Made by a program: the position numbers and the translations under genes. 64,000 nt of DNA from Octopus vulgaris (taxonomy: Eukaryota), in NCBI GenBank assembly GCA_951406725.2, contig OX597818.1:112592001-112656000 (forward strand), given 5' to 3'. Below the pieces are notes generated by a model. The model had not been told where the DNA came from. It saw only the letters and a list, made by a program, of their open reading frames with translations, and did not search any database. This document shows, one piece after another, positions 51,589 to 64,000 of the stretch; positions within the stretch are counted from its first letter, which is position 1; every line of letters starts with the position of its first letter.

Positions 51589-54500
51589 TCAAATTGCAAT
51601 AAAATAAAAATAATTATAATCGCTGGTATTGCTAACACAAGCCATATATTTTTCATATATCAGTACATTAAGGCGAAATATATGCTAGGAATACAGAAGC
51701 TTGATAAAGTAAGTGAAATGAAGATAAAAACATTTACTAAACCGGTAATTCTCAGACTGCAGTTTCTTTCTTTTCAGCAATAAAGATAATTTATTTGCTC
51801 AAGGAGAATTCTTCAGTGAGACCCTGTTTTTCTGGGATCCTAACTCACTAGAAGCATGTGCGTCTAATGATTTACTCTCCCTAACTAATCATATCACTGC
51901 GCAGACTCCGAACGTCCCGACAAAACTAGGGAATTCTGCTATATCGCCTGGCGCTCATAATTTATCGAGAAATATGTAAACAAATCAAATTGCGATAAAA
52001 TAAAAATAATTATAATCGCTGGTATTACTAACACAAGCCATATATGTTTCATATATCAGTACATTAAGGCGAAATATGTGCTAGGAATACAGAAGCTTGA
52101 TAAATTAAGTGAAATGAAGATAAAAACATTTACTAAACCGGTAATTCTCAGACTGCAGTTTCTTTCTTTTCAGCAATAAAGATAATTTATTTGCTCAGGG
52201 AGAATTCTTCAGTGAGACCCTGTTTTTCTGGGATCCTAACTCACTAGAAGCATGTGCGTCTAATGATTTACTCTCCCTAACTAATCATATCACTGCGCAG
52301 ACTCCGAACGTCCCGACAAAACTAGGGAATTCTGCTATATCGCCTGGCGCTCATAATTTATCGAGAAATATGAAAACAAATCAAATTGCGATAAAATAAA
52401 AATAATTATAATCGCTGGTATTACTAACACAAGCCATATATTTTTCATATATCAGTACATTAAGGCGAAATATGTGCTAGGAATACAGAAGCTTGATAAA
52501 TTAAGTGAAATGAAGATAAAAACATTTACTAAACCGGTAATTCTCAGACTGCAGTTTCTTTCTTTTCAGCAATAAAGATAATTTATTTGCTCAGGGAGAA
52601 TTCTTCAGTGAGACCCTGTTTTTCTGGGATCCTAACTCACTAGAAGCATGTGCGTCTAATGATTTACTCTCCCTAACTAATCATATCACTGCGCAGACTC
52701 CGAACGTCCCGACAAAACTAGGGAATTCTGCTATATCGCCTGGCGCTCATAATTTATCGAGAAATATGTAAACAAATCAAATTGCGATAAAATAAAAATA
52801 ATTATAATCGCTGGTATTACTAACACAAGCCATATATTTTTCATATATCAGTACATTAAGGCGAAATATGTGCTAGGAATACAGAAGCTTGATAAATTAA
52901 GTGAAATGAAGATAAAAACATTTACTAAACCGGTAATTCTCAGACTGCAGTTTCTTTCTTATCAGCAATAAAGATAATTTATTTGCTCAGGGAGAATTCT
53001 TCAGTGAGACCCTGTTTTTCTGGGATCCTAACTCACTAGAAGCATGTGCGTCTAATGATTTACTCTCCCTAACTAATCATATCACTGCGCAGACTCCGAA
53101 CGTCCCGACAAAACTAGGGAATTCTGCTATATCGCCTGGCGCTCATAATTTATCGAGAAAGATGTAAACAAATCAAATTGCGATAAAATAAAAATAATTA
53201 TAATCGCTGGTATTACTAACACAAGCCATATATTTTTCATATATCAGTACATTAAGGCGAAATATGTGCTAGGAATACAGAAGCTTGATAAATTAAGTGA
53301 AATGAAGATAAAAACATTTACTAAACCGGTAATTCTCAGACTGCAGTTTCTTTCTTATCAGCAATAAAGATAATTTATTTGCTCAGGGAGAATTCTTCAG
53401 TGAGACCCTGTTTTTCTGGGATCCTAACTCACTAGAAGCATGTGCGTCTAATGATCTACTCTCCCTAACTAATCATATCACTGCGCAGACTCTGAACGTC
53501 CCGACAAAACTAGGGAATTCTGCTATATCGCCTGGCGCTCATAATTTATCGAGAAATATGTAAACAAATCAAATTGCGATAAAATAAAAATAATTATAAT
53601 CGCTGGTATTACTAACACAAGCCATATATTTTTCATATATCAGTACATTAAGGCGAAATATGTGCTAGGAATACAGAAGCTTGATAAATTAAGTGAAATG
53701 AAGATAAAAACATTTACTAAACCGGTAATTCTCAGACTGCAGTTTATTTCTTATCAGCAATAAAGATAATTTATTTGCTCAGGGAGAATTCTTCAGTGAG
53801 ACCCTGTTTTTCTGGGATCCTAACTCACTAGAAGCATGTGCGTCTAATGATCTACTCTCCCTAACTAATCTTATCACTGCGCAGACTCCGAACGTCCCGA
53901 CAAAACTAGGGAATTCTGCTATATCGCCTGGCGCTCATAATGTATCGATAAATATGTAAACAAATCAAATTGCGATAAAATAAAAATAATTATAATCGCT
54001 GGTATTACTAACACAAGCCATATATTTTTCATATATCAGTACATTAAGGCGAAATATATGCTAGGAATACAGAAGCTTGATAAAGTAAGTGAAATGAAGA
54101 TAAAAACATTTACTAATCCGGTAATTCTCAGACTGCAGTTTCTTTCTTTTCAGCAATAAAGATAATTTATTTGCTCAAGGAGAATTCTTCAGTGAGACCC
54201 TGTTTTTCTGGGATCCTAACTCACTAGAAGCATGTGCGTCTAATGATCTACTCTCCCTAACTAATCATATCACTGCGCAGACTCCGAACGTCCCGACAAA
54301 ACTAGGGAATTCTGCTATATCGCCTGGCGCTCATAATTTATCGAGAAATATGTAAACAAATCAAATTGCGATAAAATAAAAATAATTATAATCGCTGGTA
54401 TTACTAACACAAGCCATATATTTTTCATATATCAGTACATTAAGGCGAAATATGTGCTAGGAATACAGAAGCTTGATAAATTAAGTGAAATGAAGATAAA

Positions 54501-57500
54501 AACATTTACTAAACCGGTAATTCTCAGACTGCAGTTTCTTTCTTTTCAGCAATAAAGATAATTTATTTGCTCAGGGAGAATTCTTCAGTGAGACCCTGTT
54601 TTTCTGGGATCCTAACTCACTAGAAGCATGTGCGTCTAATGATCTACTCTCCCTAACTAATCATATCACTGCGCAGACTCCGAACGTCCCGACAAAACTA
54701 GGGTATTCTGCTATATCGCCTGGCGCTCATAATGTATCGAGAAATATGTAAACAAATCAAATTGCGATAAAATAAAAATAATTATAATCGCTGGTATTAC
54801 TAACACAAGCCATATATTTTTCATATATCAGTACATTAAGGCGAAATATGTGCTAGGAATACAGAAGCTTGATAAATTAAGTGAAATGAAGATAAAAACA
54901 TTTACTAAACCGGTAATTCTCAGACTGCAGTTTCTTTCTTTTCAGCAATAAAGATAATTTATTTGCTCAGGGAGAATTCTTCAGTGAGACCCTGTTTTTC
55001 TGGGATCCTAACTCACTAGAAGCATGTGCGTCTAATGATTACTCTCCCTAACTAATCATATCACTGCGCAGACTCCGAACGTCCCGACAAAACTAGGGAA
55101 TTCTGCTATATCGCCTGGCGCTCATAATTTATCGAGAAATATGTAAACAAATCAAATTGCGATAAAATAAAAATAATTATAATCGCTGGTATTACTAACA
55201 CAAGCCATATATTTTTCATATATCAGTACATTAAGGCGAAATATGTGCATGGAATACAGAAGCTTGATAAATTAAGTGAAATGAAGATAAAAACATTTAC
55301 TAAACCGGTAATTCTCAGACTGCAGTTTCTTTCTTATCAGCAATAAAGATAATTTATTTGCTCAGGGAGAATTCTTCAGTGAGACCCTGTTTTTCTGGGA
55401 TCCTAACTCACTAGAAGCATGTGCGTCTAATGATTTACTCTCCCTAACTAATCATATCACTGCGCAGACTCCGAACGTCCCGACAAAACTAGGGAATTCT
55501 GCTATATCGCCTGGCGCTCATAATTTATCGAGAAATATGTAAACAAATCAAATTGCGATAAAATAAAAATAATTATAATCGCTGGTATTACTAACACAAG
55601 CCATATATTTTTCATATATCAGTACATTAAGGCGAAATATGTGCTAGGAATACAGAAGCTTGATAAATTAAGTGAAATGAAGATAAAAACATTTACTAAA
55701 CCGGTAATTCTCAGACTGCAGTTTCTTTCTTATCAGCAATAAAGATAATTTATTTGCTCAGGGAGAATTCTTCAGTGAGACCCTGTTTTTCTGGGATCCT
55801 AACTCACTAGAAGCATGTGCGTCTAATGATCTACTCTCCCTAACTAATCATATCACTGCGCAGACTCCGAACGTCCCGACAAAACTAGGGAATTCTGCTA
55901 TATCGCCTGGCGCTCATAATTTATCGAGAAATATGTAAACAAATCAAATTGCGATAAAATAAAAATAATTATAATCGCTGGTATTACTAACACAAGCCAT
56001 ATATTTTTCATATATCAGTACATTAAGGCGAAATATGTGCTAGGAATACAGAAGCTTGATAAATTAAGTGAAATGAAGATAAAAACATTTACTAAACCGG
56101 TAATTCTCAGACTGCAGTTTCTTTCTTATCAGCAATAAAGATAATTTATTTGCTCAGGGAGAATTCTTCAGTGAGACCCTGTTTTTCTGGGATCCTAACT
56201 CACTAGAAGCATGTGCGTCTAATGATCTACTCTCCCTAACTAATCATATCACTGCGCAGACTGCGAACGTCCCGACAAAACTAGGGAATTCTGCTATATC
56301 GCCTGGCGCTCATAATGTATCGAGAAATATGTAAACAAATCAAATTGCGATAAAATAAAAATAATTATAATCGCTGGTATTACTAACACAAGCCATATAT
56401 TTTTCATATATCAGTACATTAAGGCGAAATATGTGCTAGGAATACAGAAGCTTGATAAATTAAGTGAAATGAAGATAAAAACATTTACTAAACCGGTAAT
56501 TCTCAGACTGCAGTTTCTTTCTTATCAGCAATAAAGATAATTTATTTGCTCAGGGAGAATTCTTCAGTGAGACCCTGTTTTTCTGGGATCCTAACTCACT
56601 AGAAGCATGTGCGTCTAATGATTTACTCTCCCTAACTAATCATATCACTGCGCAGACTCCGAACGTCCCGACAAAACTAGGGAATTCTGCTATATCGCCT
56701 GGCGCTCATAATTTATCGAGAAATATGTAAACAAATCAAATTGCGATAAAATAAAAATAATTATAATCGCTGGTATTACTAACACAAGCCATATATTTTT
56801 CATATATCAGTACATTAAGGCGAAATATGTGCTAGGAATACAGAAGCTTGATAAATTAAGTGAAATGAAGATAAAAACATTTACTAAACCGGTAATTCTC
56901 AGACTGCAGTTTCTTTCTTATCAGCAATAAAGATAATTTATTTGCTCAGGGAGAATTCTTCAGTGAGACCCTGTTTTTCTGGGATCCTAACTCACTAGAA
57001 GCATGTGCGTCTAATGATCTACTCTCCCTAACTAATCTTATCACTGCGCAGACTCCGAACGTCCCGACAAAACTAGGGAATTCTGCTATATCGCCTGGCG
57101 CTCATAATGTATCGAGAAATATGTAAACAAATCAAATTGCGATAAAATAAAAATAATTATAATCGCTGGTATTACTAACACAAGCCATATATTTTTCATA
57201 TATCAGTACATTAAGGCGAAATATGTGCTAGGAATACAGAAGCTTGATAAATTAAGTGAAATGAAGATAAAAACATTTACTAAACCGGTAATTCTCAGAC
57301 TGCAGTTTCTTTCTTATCAGCAATAAAGATAATTTATTTGCTCAGGGAGAATTCTTCAGTGAGACCCTGTTTTTCTGGGATCCTAACTCACTAGAAGCAT
57401 GTGCGTCTAATGATCTACTCTCCCTAACTAATCATATCACTGCGCAGACTGCGAACGTCCCGACAAAACTAGGGAATTCTGCTATATCGCCTGGCGCTCA

Positions 57501-60500
57501 TAATTTATCGAGAAATATGTAAACAAATCAAATTGCGATAAAATAAAAATAATTATAATCGCTGGTATTACTAACACAAGCCATATATTTTTCATATATC
57601 AGTACATTAAGGCGAAATATGTGCTAGGAATACAGAAGCTTGATAAATTAAGTGAAATGAAGATAAAAACATTTACTAAACCGGTAATTCTCAGACTGCA
57701 GTTTCTTTCTTATCAGCAATAAAGATAATTTATTTGCTCAGGGAGAATTCTTCAGTGAGACCCTGTTTTTCTGGGATCCTAACTCACTAGAAGCATGTGC
57801 GTCTAATGATTTACTCTCCCTAACTAATCTTATCACTGCGCAGACTCCGAACGTCCCGACAAAACTAGGGAATTCTGCTATATCGCCTGGCGCTCATAAT
57901 GTATCGAGAAATATGTAAACAAATCAAATTGCGATAAAATAAAAATAATTATAATCGCTGGTATTACTAACACAAGCCATATATTTTTCATATATCAGTA
58001 CATTAAGGCGAAATATGTGCTAGGAATACAGAAGCTTGATAAATTAAGTGAAATGAAGATAAAAACATTTACTAAACCGGTAATTCTCAGACTGCAGTTT
58101 CTTTCTTATCAGCAATAAAGATAATTTATTTGCTCAGGGAGAATTCTTCAGTGAGACCCTGTTTTTCTGGGATCCTAACTCACTAGAAGCATGTGCGTCT
58201 AATGATCTACTCTCCCTAACTAATCATATCACTGCGCAGACTCCGAACGTCCCGACAAAACTAGGGAATTCTGCTATATCGCCTGGCGCTCATAATGTAT
58301 CGAGAAATATGTAAACAAATCAAATTGCGATAAAATAAAAATAATTATAATCGCTGGTATTACTAACACAAGCCATATATTTTTCATATATCAGTACATT
58401 AAGGCGAAATATGTGCTAGGAATACAGAAGCTTGATAAATTAAGTGAAATGAAGATAAAAACATTTACTAAACCGGTAATTCTCAGACTGCAGTTTCTTT
58501 CTTTTCAGCAATAAAGATAATTTATTTGCTCAGGGAGAATTCTTCAGTGAGACCCTGTTTTTCTGGGATCCTAACTCACTAGAAGCATGTGCGTCTAATG
58601 ATTTACTCTCCCTAACTAATCATATCACTGCGCAGACTCCGAACGTCCCGACAAAACTAGGGAATTCTGCTATATCGCCTGGCGCTCATAATTTATCGAG
58701 AAATATGTAAACAAATCAAATTGCGATAAAATAAAAATAATTATAATCGCTGGTATTACTAACACAAGCCATATATTTTTCATATATCAGTACATTAAGG
58801 CGAAATATGTGCTAGGAATACAGAAGCTTGATAAATTAAGTGAAATGAAGATAAAAACATTTACTAAACCGGTAATTCTCAGACTGCAGTTTCTTTCTTA
58901 TCAGCAATAAAGATAATTTATTTGCTCAGGGAGAATTCTTCAGTGAGACCCTGTTTTTCTGGGATCCTAACTCACTAGAAGCATGTGCGTCTAATGATTT
59001 ACTCTCCCTAACTAATCATATCACTGCGCAGACTCCGAACGTCCCGACAAAACTAGGGAATTCTGCTATATCGCCTGGCGCTCATAATGTATCGAGAAAT
59101 ATGTAAACAAATCAAATTGCGATAAAATAAAAATAATTATAATCGCTGGTATTACTAACACAAGCCATATATTTTTCATATATCAGTACATTAAGGCGAA
59201 ATATGTGCATGGAATACAGAAGCTTGATAAATTAAGTGAAATGAAGATAAAAACATTTACTAAACCGGTAATTCTCAGACTGCAGTTTCTTTCTTATCAG
59301 CAATAAAGATAATTTATTTGCTCAGGGAGAATTCTTCAGTGAGACCCTGTTTTTCTGGGATCCTAACTCACTAGAAGCATGTGCGTCTAATGATCTACTC
59401 TCCCTAACTAATCATATCACTGCGCAGACTCCGAACGTCCCGACAAAACTAGGGAATTCTGCTATATCGCCTGGCGCTCATAATTTATCGAGAAATATGT
59501 AAACAAATCAAATTGCGATAAAATAAAAATAATTATAATCGCTGGTATTACTAACACAAGCCATATATTTTTCATATATCAGTACATTAAGGCGAAATAT
59601 GTGCTAGGAATACAGAAGCTTGATAAATTAAGTGAAATGAAGATAAAAACATTTACTAAACCGGTAATTCTCAGACTGCAGTTTCTTTCTTATCAGCAAT
59701 AAAGATAATTTATTTGCTCAGGGAGAATTCTTCAGTGAGACCCTGTTTTTCTGGGATCCTAACTCACTAGAAGCATGTGCGTCTAATGATCTACTCTCCC
59801 TAACTAATCATATCACTGCGCAGACTCCGAACGTCCCGACAAAACTAGGGAATTCTGCTATATCGCCTGGCGCTCATAATTTATCGAGAAATATGTAAAC
59901 AAATCAAATTGCGATAAAATAAAAATAATTATAATCGCTGGTATTACTAACACAAGCCATATATTTTTCATATATCAGTACATTAAGGCGAAATATGTGC
60001 TAGGAATACAGAAGCTTGATAAATTAAGTGAAATGAAGATAAAAACATTTACTAAACCGGTAATTCTCAGACTGCAGTTTCTTTCTTATCAGCAATAAAG
60101 ATAATTTATTTGCTCAGGGAGAATTCTTCAGTGAGACCCTGTTTTTCTGGGATCCTAACTCACTAGAAGCATGTGCGTCTAATGATCTACTCTCCCTAAC
60201 TAATCATATCACTGCGCAGACTGCGAACGTCCCGACAAAACTAGGGAATTCTGCTATATCGCCTGGCGCTCATAATGTATCGAGAAATATGTAAACAAAT
60301 CAAATTGCGATAAAATAAAAATAATTATAATCGCTGGTATTACTAACACAAGCCATATATTTTTCATATATCAGTACATTAAGGCGAAATATGTGCTAGG
60401 AATACAGAAGCTTGATAAATTATGTGAAATGAAGATAAAAACATTTACTAAACCGGTAATTCTCAGACTGCAGTTTCTTTCTTATCAGCAATAAAGATAA

Positions 60501-62538
60501 TTTATTTGCTCAGGGAGAATTCTTCAGTGAGACCCTGTTTTTCTGGGATCCTAACTCACTAGAAGCATGTGCGTCTAATGATTTACTCTCCCTAACTAAT
60601 CATATCACTGCGCAGACTCCGAACGTCCCGACAAAACTAGGGAATTCTGCTATATCGCCTGGCGCTCATAATTTATCGAGAAATATGTAAACAAATCAAA
60701 TTGCGATAAAATAAAAATAATTATAATCGCTGGTATTACTAACACAAGCCATATATTATTCATATATCAGTACATTAAGGCGAAATATGTGCTAGGAATA
60801 CAGAAGCTTGATAAATTAAGTGAAATGAAGATAAAAACATTTACTAAACCGGTAATTCTCAGACTGCAGTTTCTTTCTTATCAGCAATAAAGATAATTTA
60901 TTTGCTCAGGGAGAATTCTTCAGTGAGACCCTGTTTTTCTGGGATCCTAACTCACTAGAAGCATGTGCGTCTAATGATCTACTCTCCCTAACTAATCATA
61001 TCACTGCGCAGACTCCGAACGTCCCGACAAAACTAGGGAATTCTGCTATATCGCCTGGCGCTCATAATGTATCGAGAAATATGTAAACAAATCAAATTGC
61101 GATAAAATAAAAATAATTATAATCGCTGGTATTACTAACACAAGCCATATATTTTTCATATATCAGTACATTAAGGCGAAATATGTGCTAGGAATACAGA
61201 AGCTTGATAAATTAAGTGAAATGAAGATAAAAACATTTACTAAACCGGTAATTCTCAGACTGCAGTTTCTTTCTTATCAGCAATAAAGATAATTTATTTG
61301 CTCAGGGAGAATTCTTCAGTGAGACCCTGTTTTTCTGGGATCCTAACTCACTAGAAGCATGTGCGTCTAATGATCTACTCTCCCTAACTAATCATATCAC
61401 TGCGCAGACTCCGAACGTCCCGACAAATCTAGGGAATTCTGCTATATCGCCTGGCGCTCATAATTTATCGAGAAATATGTAAACAAATCAAATTGCGATA
61501 AAATAAAAATAATTATAATCGCTGGTATTACTAACACAAGCCATATATTTTTCATATATCAGTACATTAAGGCGAAATATGTGCTAGGAATACAGAAGCT
61601 TGATAAATTAAGTGAAATGAAGATAAAAACATTTACTAAACCGGTAATTCTCAGACTGCAGTTTCTTTCTTATCAGCAATAAAGATAATTTATTTGCTCA
61701 GGGAGAATTCTTCAGTGAGACCCTGTTTTTCTGGGATCCTAACTCACTAGAAGCATGTGCGTCTAATGATCTACTCTCCCTAACTAATCTTATCACTGCG
61801 CAGACTCCGAACGTCCCGACAAAACTAGGGAATTCTGCTATATCGCCTGGCGCTCATAATGTATCGATAAATATGTAAACAAATCAAATTGCGATAAAAT
61901 AAAAATAATTATAATCGCTGGTATTACTAACACAAGCCATATATTTTTCATATATCAGTACATTAAGGCGAAATATGTGCTAGGAATACAGAAGCTTGAT
62001 AAATTAAGTGAAATGAAGATAAAAACATTTACTAAACCGGTAATTCTCAGACTGCAGTTTCTTTCTTATCAGCAATAAAGATAATTTATTTGCTCAGGGA
62101 GAATTCTTCAGTGAGACCCTGTTTTTCTGGGATCCTAACTCACTAGAAGCATGTGCGTCTAATGATCTACTCTCCCTAACTAATCATATCACTGCGCAGA
62201 CTCCGAACGTCCCGACAAAACTAGGGAATTCTGCTATATCGCCTGGCGCTCATAATGTATCGAGAAATATGTAAACAAATCAAATTGCGATAAAATAAAA
62301 ATAATTATAATCGCTGGTATTACTAACACAAGCCATATATTTTTCATATATCAGTACATTAAGGCGAAATATGTGCTAGGAATACAGAAGCTTGATAAAT
62401 TAAGTGAAATGAAGATAAAAACATTTACTAAACCGGTAATTCTCAGACTGCAGTTTCTTTCTTTTCAGCAATAAAGATAATTTATTTGCTCAGGGAGAAT
62501 TCTTCAGTGAGACCCTGTTTTCTGGGATCCTGACTCAC
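51581..62538 (-). repeat. 396-bp tandem array (27 full units + ~267-bp partial), hammerhead-containing, retrozyme-like
   Basis: TAAACAAATCAAATTG recurs at 51581, 51977 ... 62272. The span of 10691 equals 27x396 minus a 1-bp deletion near 55040. Units differ at only a few positions. Flanked by TA-rich microsatellite on both sides. Confidence 0.97.
51750..51821 (-). ncRNA. Type I hammerhead ribozyme (first of 28 copies, period 396 bp)
   Basis: UCUCA-CUGAAGA-[long stem II AUUCU..AGCAAAUAAA/UUUAUUGCU..AGAAA]-GAAA-CUGCAG-UC-UGAGA. Stem I UCUCA/UGAGA, palindrome ACUGCAGU, GUC cleavage triplet. Confidence 0.8.
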
Positions 62539-63469
62539 ATGTGTATATACGTATATATATATGTATATATATGTGTGTCTGTATATATATATATATATAT
62601 GTATGTATAGGTATAGGTATGTATGTATGTATGTATATTTACATATATACCAAATTAATTTCAACAATATTTTTTGTTTATCAATGGTAAAATTATGATT
62701 TAGAAAAACATCTTTAAATGTTTTAAAGTTGAAAAATTAATATTTTCAAAACAGATAAATTGAACATTATGAATTAGTAGGACAGGTGTAAGTTTGAATG
62801 TTCATAGCAGTCAATAATATTAAAACTGTATATCAATTTGTTTGAATGTGCAATGCTCATTAATGTTATTTGTGATAGACAAGTCTTACTGAGTTAAGAG
62901 GGAAATAAATAAGGGAGAAATGAAATTTGGTTTACAGTTTCTCTGATCCTCTTTCCGTAGACGCTTTCGCTTGTAGTGGTATGTTTTGGGATCAGGTGTA
63001 TTTACAATTTTTGATTCGTTAAAATACTGGCGACGTTTTTGCGGTGGTCAATCTTGTCGTTCTGCTTGGTTGGCTTCCCTGTGGAGACGGTCATCAGTCG
63101 TTCCGGTTCGTTGGTTCTCATAAAGAGTAATTTCGATGTATTTCCTGAAGTCCGGTTTTGATTGGTCTGGAGTTAGATGACGTCAGCAACGGGTGTTTGT
63201 AAAACGTCACTGGGCTAGAGGAAGGGGTGACGTCGGAAACTTATGTTTAATTTGGTGATTTGGAGTTTCGGTTTCGGAACCCGGCTGGAACCTGGTGTTT
63301 TTTTTCTGGAGAAATTTTACTGCTTTTCCTTCTTTCTAAAGGATATTAAGCTGTGGTTTACATTTTTTAATTAGTATGTTTTCTTTATTTAAACGGAATT
63401 GGGTTGAAGTGTTTCCAAATCACCATGCAAACACCAGTTGCTAGTTTGCGCCATTATAATCCATATATA

Positions 63470-63682
63470 GGGACCCGCGTTAGTATATTATAAGGGGCCC
63501 ATCCCCTCTAGTTTGAATGTTTTATTCCTCGTGGAAGAATGCATTATTTCAGCCTGGCTGTTTTTGTAGACAGTTGAAATGAAGACTTCAAACAATGAAT
63601 AAGTGAATAAATGATAGCATTGTAGTTGCGGGTTGGCCCCGTTAGTCTCCAGGCAACCAATACTTTTAGATTCAGTTCACCA
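63470..63682. mobile_element. Second copy of the MITE-like repeat at 4610-4950
   Basis: Shared GAAGAATGCATTA, TTTCAGCCT.GCTG, TGTAGTTGCGGGT and GGCAACC..T..TTTTAGA..CAGT. Confidence 0.5.
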
Positions 63683-63684
63683 CT

Positions 63685-64000
63685 GTGTATATGTGTGTGT
63701 TCGTGTGTTTGTATGTTTGTATGTATGTATGTATGTATGTATGTATGTATGTATGTATGTATGTATGTATGTATGTGTGTGTATGTATGCATATATGTAT
63801 GTATGTATGCATGTATGTGTGTATGTATGTATGTATGTTTGTATGTTTGTTTGTATGTATGTATGTATGTTTGTATGTATGTATGCATTTGTGTATGTAT
63901 ATGTATGTATGCATGTATGTATGTATGTATACATGTATGTATGTATGTATGCATGTATGTGTGTATGTATATGTATGTATACATGTATGTATGTATATGT
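63685..64000. repeat. (ATGT)n tetranucleotide microsatellite
   Basis: Directly visible. Confidence 0.95.

Noticed and set aside
51581-62538. CRISPR array or tandem snRNA/5S/tRNA gene cluster
   Set aside because: Units are 396 bp and near-identical with no unique spacers and no cas genes. I could not recognise a 5S, U-snRNA or tRNA sequence in the unit.
62940-63005. Hammerhead on the minus strand (CTGATCCC...GCGAAAGCGTC)
   Set aside because: The core deviates from CUGANGA and I could not form stem I.

Overview
AT-rich, microsatellite-dense animal DNA with no host protein-coding exon that I can support. The density of (TA)n/(CA)n/(TAA)n tracts and the SINE families suggest an octopus-like cephalopod (inference). 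The window is a patchwork of transposon remnants: tRNA-derived SINEs, R4/Dong, CR1-like and RTE-like LINE fragments, Helitron and hAT/Harbinger relics, and Penelope-like elements. The main signal is hammerhead ribozymes (HHR). (1) An ~11 kb array of 27 full plus one partial 396-bp units (51581-62538) carries a type I HHR with a canonical core on the minus strand of each unit (CUGAAGA...GAAA-CUGCAG-UC; G12 is mutated in unit 6). This resembles a retrozyme or viroid-sized self-processing concatemer. The array also shows an overlapping degenerate opposite-strand HHR-like motif, a core-blocking hairpin and 10-unit higher-order periodicity. (2) A ~2 kb palindrome of a Penelope GIY-YIG endonuclease 3' end has a minimal U3-A8 HHR in each arm. 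(3) A tRNA-headed SINE carries an HHR. (4) Several smaller fold-back HHR-like elements sit in (TA)n tracts. All structures were read by eye, with no folding software or database search.
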